Shown: positions 8,467 to 17,402, counted from the first letter of the stretch. The stretch: DNA of 24,000 bases from Azospirillum sp. TSO22-1 (GCF_003116015.1 NZ_LGQZ01000056.1:34003-58002), one strand, 5' to 3'. Notes: generated from the letters alone by a model not told the origin. Numbers and translations are program-made.

Positions 8467-8534
8467 CCAGACGGCGGTCCCCTTTCGGCGGCCGCCCAAG
8501 AAATCACGCGTCCTCCCCGGGTTCAGAGAGTTCC

Positions 8535-9728
8535 ATGCGCCCTTCACGCCTCATCGCGCTTCTCATCCTCGTTGCCGTGGCCGGCGGGGGCTGGTGGTAC
8601 TTCGTCAAGAACGGCGGCACTCTCGGGGATCTCGCCGCGAAGCTGCCGCCGTCCATGGGCGGCGCCTCGCCGGGCGCGCCTCCGGGCGGCAAGCCGGGCG
8701 GTCCGGCGGCCGGCGGCGCTCCGGGCGCCATGCCGCCGATGCCGGTGGAGGCGGTGCCGGTGCGCGTCGGCGCGATGGCGCGGACGATCACCGCGGTGGG
8801 CTCGCTGCTGTCCAACGAATCGGTGGTGATCCGCCCCGAGGTGGCCGGCCGCATCACCGAGATCGCCTTCAAGGAGGGGCAGCGGGTCGCCCGGGGGGCG
8901 GTGCTGATCCGCCTCGACGACACGGTGGCGAAGGCGACGCTGGCCCAGGCGCAGGCGTCCATCGCCTTCGACAAGGCCGAGTTGGGCCGTGCCGAGGAGC
9001 TGCTGCGCCAGAACGCCGGCCCGGCGCGCAACCGCGAGCAGGCCGCCGCCAAGCTGCAGGCCGACCAGGCCGCCGTGCAGCTGGCGCAGGCGCAGCTGGA
9101 GAAGCTGACCATCACGGCGCCGTTCGACGGCGTGCTCGGCCTGCGCAAGGTGTCGGTCGGCGACTACGTCTCGGCCGGCAAGGACATCGTGAACCTGGAG
9201 GCCATCGACACCCTGAAGCTCGACTTCCGGGTGCCGGAGGCCTACCTGCCGGCGGTGCGCGTCGGACAGACGCTGGCGGTGTCGGTGGACGCCTTCGGCG
9301 GCCGCAAGTTCGAGGGTGAGGTCTACGCCATCGACCCGCTGATCGACGTCAACGGCCGCGCGCTGGCGGTGCGCGCCCGCGTGCCGAACAGCGACGGCGC
9401 GCTGCGCCCCGGGCTGTTCGCCCGCGTCACGCTGACGCTGACCATCGACCAGAACGCCGTGCTGGTGCCCGAACAGTCGGTCGTCGCCTTCGGCACCGAC
9501 CAGTTCGTCTTCAAGGTGGTGGACGGCAAGGTGGCGCAGACCAAGGTCAAGCTGGGCGACCGCCGCAACGCCGAGGTGGAGATCGTCGAGGGCCTGAAGC
9601 CGCAGGACGTCGTCGTCACCGCCGGCCAGCTGAAGATCCGCGACGGCGCCCCGGTGATGGTCATCGATCCCACGAAGACGCCGCCGGGGCCGCAGGCCAA
9701 CGGCGCCGCCAAGCCGGCGGGAGGCTGA
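8535..9728 (+). CDS. Efflux RND transporter periplasmic adaptor subunit (membrane fusion protein)
   Basis: N-terminal TM anchor, VVIRPEVAGRITEIAFKEGQRVARGAVLIRLDD, LEKLTITAPFDGVLGLRKVSVGDYVSAG; followed 3 bp later by the pump gene. Confidence 0.93.
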   Translation: MRPSRLIALLILVAVAGGGWWYFVKNGGTLGDLAAKLPPSMGGASPGAPPGGKPGGPAAGGAPGAMPPMPVEAVPVRVGAMARTITAVGSLLSNESVVIRPEVAGRITEIAFKEGQRVARGAVLIRLDDTVAKATLAQAQASIAFDKAELGRAEELLRQNAGPARNREQAAAKLQADQAAVQLAQAQLEKLTITAPFDGVLGLRKVSVGDYVSAGKDIVNLEAIDTLKLDFRVPEAYLPAVRVGQTLAVSVDAFGGRKFEGEVYAIDPLIDVNGRALAVRARVPNSDGALRPGLFARVTLTLTIDQNAVLVPEQSVVAFGTDQFVFKVVDGKVAQTKVKLGDRRNAEVEIVEGLKPQDVVVTAGQLKIRDGAPVMVIDPTKTPPGPQANGAAKPAGG

Positions 9729-9731
9729 GGC

Positions 9732-12700
9732 ATGGTCCTCTCCGACATCTCGATCCGCCGGCCGGTGCTGGCGACGGTGATGAGTCTGGCGGTGATGCTG
9801 ATCGGCATCGTCTCGTACCAGCGTCTGGCGGTGCGCGAGTACCCGAAGATCGACGAGCCGGTCGTCACGGTGGAGACCACCTACAAGGGCGCCTCGGCCG
9901 AGATCATCGAATCCCAGGTCACCCAGCCGCTGGAGGACTCGCTCGCCGGCATCGAGGGCATCGACGTGATGTCCTCGATCAGCCGTCAGGAGAAGAGCCA
10001 GATCACCGTGCGCTTCCGCCTGGACCGCAACGTCGACGTGGCGGCCAGCGACGTGCGCGACCGGGTGGGGCGCGTGCGCGCCATGCTGCCGAACGAGATC
10101 GACGAGCCGGTCATCGCCAAGGTCGAGGCCGACGCGCAGCCGATCATCTATCTGGCGTTCTCGTCCGACCGCCACTCGCCGCTGGACGTGACGGACTTCG
10201 CCGACCGCTACGTCAAGGACCGCCTGCAGAACCTGCCCGGCGTGGCGCAGGTGCGCATCTTCGGCGAGCGGCGCTTCTCCATGCGCGTCTGGCTCGACCC
10301 GCAGCGCATGGCCGCCTACAAGATCACGCCGCAGGACGTCGAGAACGCCCTGCGCAAGCAGAACGTCGAGATCCCCGCCGGCCGCGTCGAGAGCGCGGCG
10401 CGCGAGTTCACCGTGGTGTCGGAGACCGACCTGCGCACCCCGCCGCAGTTCGACAACCTGATCCTGCGCGACGTCGACGGCTACCTGGTGCGCCTGAAGG
10501 ACGTCGGCCGCGCCGAGCTGGGGGCGCTGGACGAGCGCGTCTCGGCCCGCTTCAACGCCCGCCAGGCGGTCGCCATCGGCGTGGTCAAGCAGTCCACCGC
10601 CAACCCGCTGGACGTGTCGAAGGCGGTGCAGGCCGCCTTCCCGGCGATCCGCGCGGCGCTGCCCGAGGGCATGGCGGTGGACGTCGCCTACGACAGCTCG
10701 GTCTTCATCGCCAAGTCGATCGACGCGGTGTTCCAGACGATCTTCGAGGCGATCGTGCTGGTCATCCTGGTGATCTTCTTCTTCCTGCGCTCGTTCCGCG
10801 CCACGCTGGTGCCGCTGGTGACCATCCCGGTGTCGCTGGTCGGCGGCTTCGCGCTGATGCTGCTGTTCGGCTTCTCCATCAACACGCTGACGCTCTTGTC
10901 CATGGTGCTGGCCATCGGCCTCGTGGTGGACGACGCCATCGTGATGCTGGAGAACATCTTCCGCCACGTCGAGGAGGGCATGCCGCCCTTCCAGGCGGCG
11001 CTGAAGGGCTCGAAGGAGATCGGCTTCGCGGTGGTGGCGATGACCATCACGCTGGCCGCCGTGTACGCCCCCATCGGCTTCATGACCGGCCGGACGGGGC
11101 GCCTGTTCACCGAGTTCGCGCTGACGCTGGCCGGCGCGGTGATCGTGTCGGGCTTCGTGGCGCTGACGCTGTCGCCGATGATGTGCTCCAAGCTGCTGAA
11201 GCACCAGACCAAGCACAACATCCTCTACAACATCATCGAAGGCTTCCTGAACGGCCTGACCAACGGCTACCGCGCGGTGCTGCGGGGGTCGCTGAAGGCG
11301 CGGCCGCTGGTGCTGATCGTCGGCGCCGTGGTCGCCGGGGCCAGCTGGTGGCTGTTCAACAACATCAAGTCGGAGCTGGCGCCGGTCGAGGACCGCGGCA
11401 CCATCGTCGGCATCGCCATCGCGCCGGAGGGCTCGACCCTCGACTACACCCAGAAGTACGCCACCATGATGGAGGGGCTGTTCCGGCAGATCCCGGTGCT
11501 GGAGAAGTTCTTCGTGGTGGTCGGCTTCCCGGTGGTGAACCAGGGCATCGCCTTCGTCCGTCTGGTCGACTGGGACCAGCGCGACGTCAAGCAGCAGGCG
11601 ATCACCGCCCAGCTGTTCCCCAAGATGTTCGGCATCCCCGGCATCCTGGCCTTCGTCACCAACCCGCCGTCGCTGGGGCAGAGCCCGATCGACAAGCCGG
11701 TCAACTTCGTCATCCAGACGACGCTGCCCTACGAGGAACTGCAGAAGCTGGTCGACGCTATGATGGGCGAGGCGCGCAAGCACCCGGGCATCACCAACAT
11801 CGACACCGACCTGAAGCTGAACAAGCCGGAGCTGCGCATCTCCATCGACCGCGACAAGGCCGCCGACCTCGGCATCGACGTCGAGACGGTGGGCCGCACG
11901 CTGGAAACCTTCCTGGGCGGCCGGCAGGTCACCCGCTTCAAGAAGGAAGGCAAGCAGTACGACGTCATCGTCCAGGTCGACAAGGTGGACCGCCGCAACC
12001 CGGACGACATCGCGTCGATCTACGTGCGCGGCACGCCGCCGGCCTCCGCCGCCAGCGGGGTGTCCACCACCCTGGGGCCGATGGTCTCGCTGTCCAACCT
12101 CGTGAAGATCGATGAGCGGGTGTCGCCGAAGGAGCTGAACCACTTCAACAAGCTGCGCTCCGCCACCATCACCGCGACGCTGGCGCCGGGCACCTCGCTG
12201 GGCGAGGCGCTGAAGCACATGCAGGAGGCGGCGGCGCGCGTGCTGCCGGTGACGGCGCAGACCGACTACGCCGGCCAGAGCCGCGAGTTCCGCGAGTCGG
12301 CGACGGGGCTGTACTTCGTCTTCGTGCTGGCGCTGGCCTTCATCTACCTGGTGCTGGCGGCGCAGTTCGAGAGCTTCATCGACCCGTTCGTCATCATGCT
12401 GACGGTGCCGCTCTCCATGACCGGCGCCCTGGCGGCGCTGCTGTGGAGCGGGGCGACGATGAACGTGTACAGCCAGATCGGCCTCGTCACGCTGGTCGGC
12501 CTGATCACCAAGCACGGCATCCTGATCGTGGAGTTCGCCAACCAGCTGCAGCGCTCGGGGGTGGACATCCGCAAGGCGGTGGAGGAGGCGGCGGTGCTGC
12601 GCCTGCGCCCGATCCTGATGACGACCGGCGCCATGGTGCTGGGCGCGGTGCCGCTGGCCAACGCGCACGGGGCGGGCGGCGAGAGCCGTCAGGCGATCGG

Positions 12701-12845
12701 CGCGGTGATCGTCGGTGGCATGCTGCTGGGCACCTTCCTGACGCTGTTCGTGGTGCCGACGGTGTACAGCTACATCGCCAAGAAGAAGCCCTTCCCCTCG
12801 GAAGCCGACGAGGCTACGGCCTACGGCGCGCATCCGGCGGAGTGA
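9732..12845 (+). CDS. Efflux RND transporter permease subunit (AcrB/MexB superfamily)
   Basis: 1037 aa; MVLSDISIRRPVLATVMSLAVMLIGIVSYQRLAVREYP, TM4 GLVVDDAIVMLENIFRHVEEG, LFRQIPVLEKFF..., C-terminal VVPTVYSYI. Confidence 0.95.
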   Translation: MVLSDISIRRPVLATVMSLAVMLIGIVSYQRLAVREYPKIDEPVVTVETTYKGASAEIIESQVTQPLEDSLAGIEGIDVMSSISRQEKSQITVRFRLDRNVDVAASDVRDRVGRVRAMLPNEIDEPVIAKVEADAQPIIYLAFSSDRHSPLDVTDFADRYVKDRLQNLPGVAQVRIFGERRFSMRVWLDPQRMAAYKITPQDVENALRKQNVEIPAGRVESAAREFTVVSETDLRTPPQFDNLILRDVDGYLVRLKDVGRAELGALDERVSARFNARQAVAIGVVKQSTANPLDVSKAVQAAFPAIRAALPEGMAVDVAYDSSVFIAKSIDAVFQTIFEAIVLVILVIFFFLRSFRATLVPLVTIPVSLVGGFALMLLFGFSINTLTLLSMVLAIGLVVDDAIVMLENIFRHVEEGMPPFQAALKGSKEIGFAVVAMTITLAAVYAPIGFMTGRTGRLFTEFALTLAGAVIVSGFVALTLSPMMCSKLLKHQTKHNILYNIIEGFLNGLTNGYRAVLRGSLKARPLVLIVGAVVAGASWWLFNNIKSELAPVEDRGTIVGIAIAPEGSTLDYTQKYATMMEGLFRQIPVLEKFFVVVGFPVVNQGIAFVRLVDWDQRDVKQQAITAQLFPKMFGIPGILAFVTNPPSLGQSPIDKPVNFVIQTTLPYEELQKLVDAMMGEARKHPGITNIDTDLKLNKPELRISIDRDKAADLGIDVETVGRTLETFLGGRQVTRFKKEGKQYDVIVQVDKVDRRNPDDIASIYVRGTPPASAASGVSTTLGPMVSLSNLVKIDERVSPKELNHFNKLRSATITATLAPGTSLGEALKHMQEAAARVLPVTAQTDYAGQSREFRESATGLYFVFVLALAFIYLVLAAQFESFIDPFVIMLTVPLSMTGALAALLWSGATMNVYSQIGLVTLVGLITKHGILIVEFANQLQRSGVDIRKAVEEAAVLRLRPILMTTGAMVLGAVPLANAHGAGGESRQAIGAVIVGGMLLGTFLTLFVVPTVYSYIAKKKPFPSEADEATAYGAHPAE

Positions 12846-12851
12846 TGCCTG

Positions 12852-12896
12852 AAAGCCCCTCTCCCCTCGAGGGAGAGGGGTTTGGGGAGAGGGGGC
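12852..12896. repeat. Left copy of an inverted, internally palindromic repeat (45 bp) bounding the DUF559 gene
   Basis: AAAGCCCCTCTCCCCTCGAGGGAGAGGGGTTTGGGGAGAGGGGGC; internal perfect 10-bp stem CCCCTCTCCC/GGGAGAGGGG. Confidence 0.85.
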
Positions 12897-12899
12897 AAC

Positions 12900-13244
12900 T
12901 CAGGGGCCTTGCACGAACACCGGATCGTCCGCCGCCGCGAGGATCGTGGCGAGCACGTCCTCAAGCCTTGTCAAAACTTCGGGGTTCCAGAACCGCAACA
13001 CCCAGAATCCGGCAGCTTCGAGGTAAGCGGTCCGCGCAGCGTCAACGTGCGGTCCATGTTGCCCGCCATCGACCTCGACCACCAAGCCGTGCTCGAAGCA
13101 GATGAAATCGACAATGTACCGGCCGATAGGTTGCTGGCGTTTGAACTTCAGGCCGTTCAGGCGGTGGTTGCGCAACGCGCTCCAGAGGCGCCGCTCGGCA
13201 TCGGTTGAGTTCTGGCGGAGGCTCTTGGTGCGCGTGGTGGACAT
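12900..13244 (-). CDS. DUF559 domain (PD-(D/E)XK/Vsr-like endonuclease fold) protein, 114 aa
   Basis: MSTTRTKSLRQNSTDAERRLWSALRNHRLNGLKFKRQQPIGRYIVDFICFEHGLVVEVDGGQH, with conserved VDF...E.DG.QH core. Confidence 0.88.
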   Translation of the reverse strand: MSTTRTKSLRQNSTDAERRLWSALRNHRLNGLKFKRQQPIGRYIVDFICFEHGLVVEVDGGQHGPHVDAARTAYLEAAGFWVLRFWNPEVLTRLEDVLATILAAADDPVFVQGP

Positions 13245-13253
13245 CTCGCGTCG

Positions 13254-13297
13254 GCCCCCTCTCCCCAACCCCTCTCCCTCAAGGGGAGAGGGGCTTT
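13254..13297. repeat. Right copy of the inverted palindromic repeat (44 bp) bounding the DUF559 gene
   Basis: Reverse complement AAAGCCCCTCTCCCCTTGAGGGAGAGGGGTTGGGGAGAGGGGGC differs from the left copy by one substitution and one 1-nt indel. Confidence 0.85.
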
Positions 13298-13300
13298 ATC

Positions 13301-13720
13301 TCACCCCGCCGACGCGGCGTCCTCGCTGGCCAGGTAGGGCTGGTACTGCTTGTCGGTGGTCTGGATGTGCTCGATCAGCCATTCCTTCAGCAGCAGGATC
13401 AGGTCGATGCGCAGCATCATCGTGTGGTCGCCGTTCAGCTCGCCGGCCAGCTTCTCGACCTCGTCCACGAAGTAGCGGTGCGCCGCCTTGTGCGTCTCCA
13501 AGTCGGGGAAGCCGTGGCGCTCCATGAACGCCTCCTCGCGGCGGAAGTGCACGTTCGTGTAGTCGCGCAGGCCCTCGATCAGCGGGATCAGGTCGTCCTT
13601 GCTCTTGGTGGAGACGCCGGTCTTCAGCAGGCCGTTGAACATCTCCAAGAGCCGCTTGTGGTCGGTGTCGAGGATCCCGACGCCGACGCTCATCGAATCG
13701 TCCCAGACGACGTGGTCCAT
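13301..13720 (-). CDS. Bacteriohemerythrin
   Basis: WDDSMSVGVGILDTDHKRLLEMFNGL...YTNVHFRREEAFMERHGFPDLETHKAAHRYFV...EWLIEHIQTTDKQY; diiron ligand pattern (H, HxxxE, HxxxH, HxxxxD) intact. Confidence 0.93.
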   Translation of the reverse strand: MDHVVWDDSMSVGVGILDTDHKRLLEMFNGLLKTGVSTKSKDDLIPLIEGLRDYTNVHFRREEAFMERHGFPDLETHKAAHRYFVDEVEKLAGELNGDHTMMLRIDLILLLKEWLIEHIQTTDKQYQPYLASEDAASAG

Positions 13721-13874
13721 CAGCCTTCCTCCTCACCCCTGCCCAGCAAAAACATTAGTTGGTGCCTCCAACGCCCATCAAGGCCTAATCCGAGCGGCAA
13801 AAGCCCGCAGGCTCCCTTTGCGGGAACGCCCTGGCGTCCTATAAAGCGGGGGAGGGCAAGACGGGGGTGGAGCG

Positions 13875-14621
13875 ATGGCGCTGCTGGATGACATCAACGC
13901 GAAGAAGCGCGCGCTCGACGCCGCCCGGCCGCTGCCGGTCGAGGTGGTGAGCGAACTGGCCGACCGCTTCGAGCGCGAGCTGACCATCGCCTGCGTCACC
14001 GTCGAAGGCATCGACCTGGTGCCGGAGGAGGTGCTGCACGTGCTCGGTCGCGGTGCCGTGCTGCGCAACCGGCCGCCGGAGCCGCAGCGCCTCGTCCAGA
14101 ACCATGCGCAGGCGCTGCACCTGATGGCGCGGCTGGCCTACGAGGGCGGCGGGGTGATCACCGAGCGCACGGTGGCGGCCTTCCACGGCGTGCTGTTCCA
14201 GGGGCTGGACGCCGGCGCCGGCCAGTACCGCGACTCGCCGCTGCCCGACGAGGGCGAGACCGCCGACCCGGCGAAGATCCGCGTGTCCATGTCGGCGCTG
14301 AGCGGCTGGCTGCGCCGCACCGACCCCGGCGTGGAGACGGCGCTGGAGGCGCACCATCGCCTGATGATCGTGCGGCCCTTTGCGCAGGGCAACGCGGCCG
14401 TGGCGCTGCTGATCCTCAACCTGATCCTGAACCGCGCCGGCTACCCGCCGGTGGCGGTGCACCCGGACGACCTCCAGGGCTACGCCGACAGCGTCGACCG
14501 CGCACGCACGGTGGGCGACAAGGTGCCGTACCGCGACGTCATGCTGAAGCTGCTGGGCCGCGCGCTGGACGACTGCCTGGAGGCGATGGCGCGGGCGGCG
14601 GGGGTGGAGAACGCGTCGTAG
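13875..14621 (+). CDS. Fic/DOC-fold protein with degenerate catalytic motif
   Basis: TVEGIDLVPEEV; TERTVAAFHGVLFQG; AHHRLMIVRPFAQGNAAVALLILNLILNRAGYPPVAV aligns with Fic HPFxxGNGRxxR region. Confidence 0.75.
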   Translation: MALLDDINAKKRALDAARPLPVEVVSELADRFERELTIACVTVEGIDLVPEEVLHVLGRGAVLRNRPPEPQRLVQNHAQALHLMARLAYEGGGVITERTVAAFHGVLFQGLDAGAGQYRDSPLPDEGETADPAKIRVSMSALSGWLRRTDPGVETALEAHHRLMIVRPFAQGNAAVALLILNLILNRAGYPPVAVHPDDLQGYADSVDRARTVGDKVPYRDVMLKLLGRALDDCLEAMARAAGVENAS

Positions 14622-14653
14622 GCCCAAAGGGCGTGGCGTCGCGGGCAAGGCTT

Positions 14654-14781
14654 CACACGGATTGCACGGAATTCTTTATCGTGTCTCGGCAGTGGCTTGC
14701 GGGTAAGTGCAGTACGTCGCAAGAAAAAAGAAAATCCGTGCAATCCGTGCAATCCGTGCCTCAATCCGCGAAATCCGTGTG
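14654..14781. repeat. Intergenic repeat region: 15-bp inverted repeat plus 9-bp tandem repeats (AATCCGTGC)3 and degenerate copies
   Basis: CACGGATTGCACGGA at 14656-14670 is the exact reverse complement of TCCGTGCAATCCGTG at 14735-14749 and 14744-14758; tandem AATCCGTGC at 14733-14759. Confidence 0.8.
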
Positions 14782-14813
14782 ACTGTTGCCTCTGTTGCGG
14801 ATCGTCGCAAACG

Positions 14814-15329
14814 TCAGGAATCGTAGCTCATCAGCACCTCGCACGGCACGTCGATGCGCTCGCGGCCATCGAGGAAGGTCAGCTCGACCAGGAACGCCGC
14901 GGCCTGGACGTCGGCGCCGACCTGGCGCAGCAGCTTGACCGCCGCGGCCATGGTGCCGCCGGTGGCCAGCAGGTCGTCCAGCACCACCGCGCGCTGGCCG
15001 GGCTTCACCGCGTCCGACTGGATCTCGATGGTGTCGGTGCCGTACTCCAGGTCGTAGGAGTGCGTGACCTTGTCGCCCGGCAGCTTGCCGCGCTTGCGCA
15101 CCATGACGAAGCCGCAGCCCAGCGCCAGCGCCAGCGGCGCCGCCACCAGGAAGCCGCGCGACTCGATGCCGACCAGGACGTCCGGCTTGTAGGGGCGGAC
15201 CGCTTCGGCCAGCCGCTTCACCGTCTCCTGCCACGCCGCGGCGTCGGCCAGCAGCGGCGAGATGTCGTAGAACAGGATGCCGGGCTTCGGGAAGTCGGGG
15301 ATGCCGCGGATGTGGTCCTTGAGGTCCAT
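14814..15329 (-). CDS. apt: Adenine phosphoribosyltransferase
   Basis: [27 protein letters not shown]...VGIESRGF...[11 protein letters not shown]...[35 protein letters not shown]: classic Apt PRPP-binding motif. Confidence 0.96.
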   Translation of the reverse strand: MDLKDHIRGIPDFPKPGILFYDISPLLADAAAWQETVKRLAEAVRPYKPDVLVGIESRGFLVAAPLALALGCGFVMVRKRGKLPGDKVTHSYDLEYGTDTIEIQSDAVKPGQRAVVLDDLLATGGTMAAAVKLLRQVGADVQAAAFLVELTFLDGRERIDVPCEVLMSYDS

Positions 15330-15487
15330 GGGTCGTGTCCTGGAAAAGTGCGCGGCCGCATACTAGCCATGCCGTGCCTTTGGCGCAAATCGCCGTGCAA
15401 AACGTTGCATAGGTCTGGCGTGCCGGTGCGGTTGACCGGACGGGCGGCTTGCGGCCAAGCTCGCGGTGACGGGAAGAGGTGACGGGA

Positions 15488-16627
15488 ATGACGGCCGGAC
15501 AGGCCTGGATGAAGACGGTGCCGGGTGGCGACGGAGCGCTGCTGCTGACCGTCGGCGGGCGGTGGGACCTGTACGGCGCGCAGGCGCTGATGAACGACCT
15601 CGACGCGCTGCGGCCGCCGGCGCCGCAGACGGCCGTGCGCCTCGACCTCGCCGCCATCGACGGGCTGGACACGGTGGGCGCGCTGCTGCTGGCGCGGCTG
15701 GCTGAGCGGCTGCGCGGCGAGGGATACGCGGTGGAGGTCACCGGCGTCCGGCCCGAGCACCGCGCGCTGGTCGACGCGGTGCGCGAGGCCGACCGCGTGC
15801 CGTCCGTCCCGCTGCCCGACGAGCACCCGATCATCGAGATGCTGGAGCGCACCGGCCGCGTCACGGTGCGGGGGCTGAAGCGCGGGCTGGAACTGGTCAA
15901 CTTCCTGGGCGTCGTCACCGTGACGCTGGCGCGCATCGCGGTGAACCCGCGGCGGCTGCGCTACCGCTCGGTGCTGTTCCACATCGAGCAGACGGGGCTG
16001 AACGCGCTGCCGATCCTCGGCCTGCTGACCTTCCTGATCGGCGTGGTGATGGCCTACCAGGGGGCGGACCAGCTGCGCCGCTTCGGGGCGGAGCTGCTGG
16101 TGGTCAACCTGCTGGGCATCTCCATCCTGCGCGAGCTGGGCACGCTGCTGACCGCGATCATCGTCGCCGGCCGCTCCGGCTCCGCCTTCACGGCGCAGAT
16201 CGGCACCATGAAGGTGAACCAGGAGGTGGACGCCATCTCCACGCTGGGGCTCGACCCCATCGAACTGCTGGTGGTGCCGCGGGTGCTGGCGCTGATGGTG
16301 GCGCTGCCGCTGCTGGCCTTCTTCGCCGACGTCATGGCGCTGCTGGGCGGCGCCACCATGAGCTACATGACGCTGGGCATCAGCTTCGCGCAGTTTATCA
16401 AGCAATTGCAGGGCGCGGTGGGCCTCAACACCTTCCTGGTCGGCGTCGCCAAGGCGCCGGTGTTCGCGCTGGTGATCGCCATGGTCGGCTGCTACGAGGG
16501 CCTGCGCGTCACCGGCAGCGCCGAGAGCGTCGGGCGCCTGACCACGCGGTCCGTGGTGGAGGGCATCTTCCTGGTCATCATCATGGACGCGCTGTTCTCC
16601 ATCTTCTTCTCGTTCATGGGGGTGTGA
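15488..16627 (+). CDS. MlaE-family lipid ABC transporter permease with N-terminal STAS (MlaB-like) domain
   Basis: GGAAGAGG RBS before ATG 15488; N-term LLLTVGGRWDLYGAQALMNDL...LDLAAIDGLDTVGALLL; C-term FLIGVVMAYQGADQLRRFGAELLVVNLLGISILRELGTLLTAIIVAGRSGSAFTAQIGTM. Confidence 0.93.
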   Translation: MTAGQAWMKTVPGGDGALLLTVGGRWDLYGAQALMNDLDALRPPAPQTAVRLDLAAIDGLDTVGALLLARLAERLRGEGYAVEVTGVRPEHRALVDAVREADRVPSVPLPDEHPIIEMLERTGRVTVRGLKRGLELVNFLGVVTVTLARIAVNPRRLRYRSVLFHIEQTGLNALPILGLLTFLIGVVMAYQGADQLRRFGAELLVVNLLGISILRELGTLLTAIIVAGRSGSAFTAQIGTMKVNQEVDAISTLGLDPIELLVVPRVLALMVALPLLAFFADVMALLGGATMSYMTLGISFAQFIKQLQGAVGLNTFLVGVAKAPVFALVIAMVGCYEGLRVTGSAESVGRLTTRSVVEGIFLVIIMDALFSIFFSFMGV

Positions 16628-16630
16628 AGG

Positions 16631-17398
16631 ATGGCGCGCGACCCCGTCATCCGCGTGCGCGGCCTGGTCACCCGCTTCGGGGCGCAGACCATCCACGACG
16701 GCCTCGACCTCGACGTCGAGCGCGGCGAGGTGCTGGGCGTGGTCGGCGGGTCCGGCACCGGCAAGTCGGTGCTGATGAAGGAGATCCTCGGCCTGATCCG
16801 CCCCGCCGCCGGAGCCATCGAGATGCTGGGCCGCGACACCGGATCCCTCGACGACCGCGAGCGCACCGAACTGCAGGCGCGCACCGGCGTGCTGTTCCAG
16901 GACGGGGCGCTGTTCAGCTCGCTGACCGTGGCGGAGAACGTCATGGTGCCGCTGAAGGAGCACACGACTCTGCCTAAGCGCCTGATCAAGGAGATCGCGC
17001 GCGTCAAGATCGCCATGTCGGGCCTGCCGCCCAACGCCGGGCCGAAGTATCCCTCCGAACTGTCGGGCGGCATGAGGAAGCGCGCCGGGCTGGCGCGTGC
17101 GCTGGCGCTCGACCCGGAGATCCTGTTCCTCGACGAGCCGACCGCCGGCCTCGACCCGATCGGCGCCGCGGCGTTCGACGAGCTGATCCAGAACCTGCAA
17201 CGGAGCCTGGGATTGACCGTCTTCATGGTGACGCACGACCTCGACAGCCTGACCTCGATCTGCGACCGCATCGCCGTGCTGATCGACAAGCGGATCAAGG
17301 TCGCCACGCTGGAGGAGCACCTGAAGGACGACCATCCCTGGATCCGCGAGTATTTCCACGGGCCGCGCGGCCGCGCCGCCCGCCGGGTGGAGGCCTGA
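16631..17398 (+). CDS. Lipid transport ABC ATP-binding protein MlaF-like
   Basis: Walker A GGSGTGKSVL, signature LSGGMRKRAGLARAL, Walker B EILFLDEPTAGLDP. Confidence 0.95.
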   Translation: MARDPVIRVRGLVTRFGAQTIHDGLDLDVERGEVLGVVGGSGTGKSVLMKEILGLIRPAAGAIEMLGRDTGSLDDRERTELQARTGVLFQDGALFSSLTVAENVMVPLKEHTTLPKRLIKEIARVKIAMSGLPPNAGPKYPSELSGGMRKRAGLARALALDPEILFLDEPTAGLDPIGAAAFDELIQNLQRSLGLTVFMVTHDLDSLTSICDRIAVLIDKRIKVATLEEHLKDDHPWIREYFHGPRGRAARRVEA

Positions 17399-17402
17399 AC
17401 CC

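Noticed and set aside
8544-12833. 1429-aa antisense ORF opposite the RND efflux genes
   Set aside because: Typical mirror ORF in a high-GC genome; composition is His/Arg/Asp/Gln-rich low-complexity antisense of well-supported RND genes.
12852-13297. CRISPR array or insertion sequence
   Set aside because: Only two inverted copies of the repeat, no regularly spaced spacers and no transposase; the enclosed ORF is a DUF559 nuclease-fold protein.
13804-13824. CCCGCA-ggctccctt-TGCGGG inverted repeat upstream of the Fic-like gene as a terminator
   Set aside because: Only a 6-bp stem and no T tract; too weak to call.
14733-14780. CRISPR-like direct repeats
   Set aside because: Nine-bp units are directly adjacent without spacers, so this is a short tandem repeat and not a CRISPR array.
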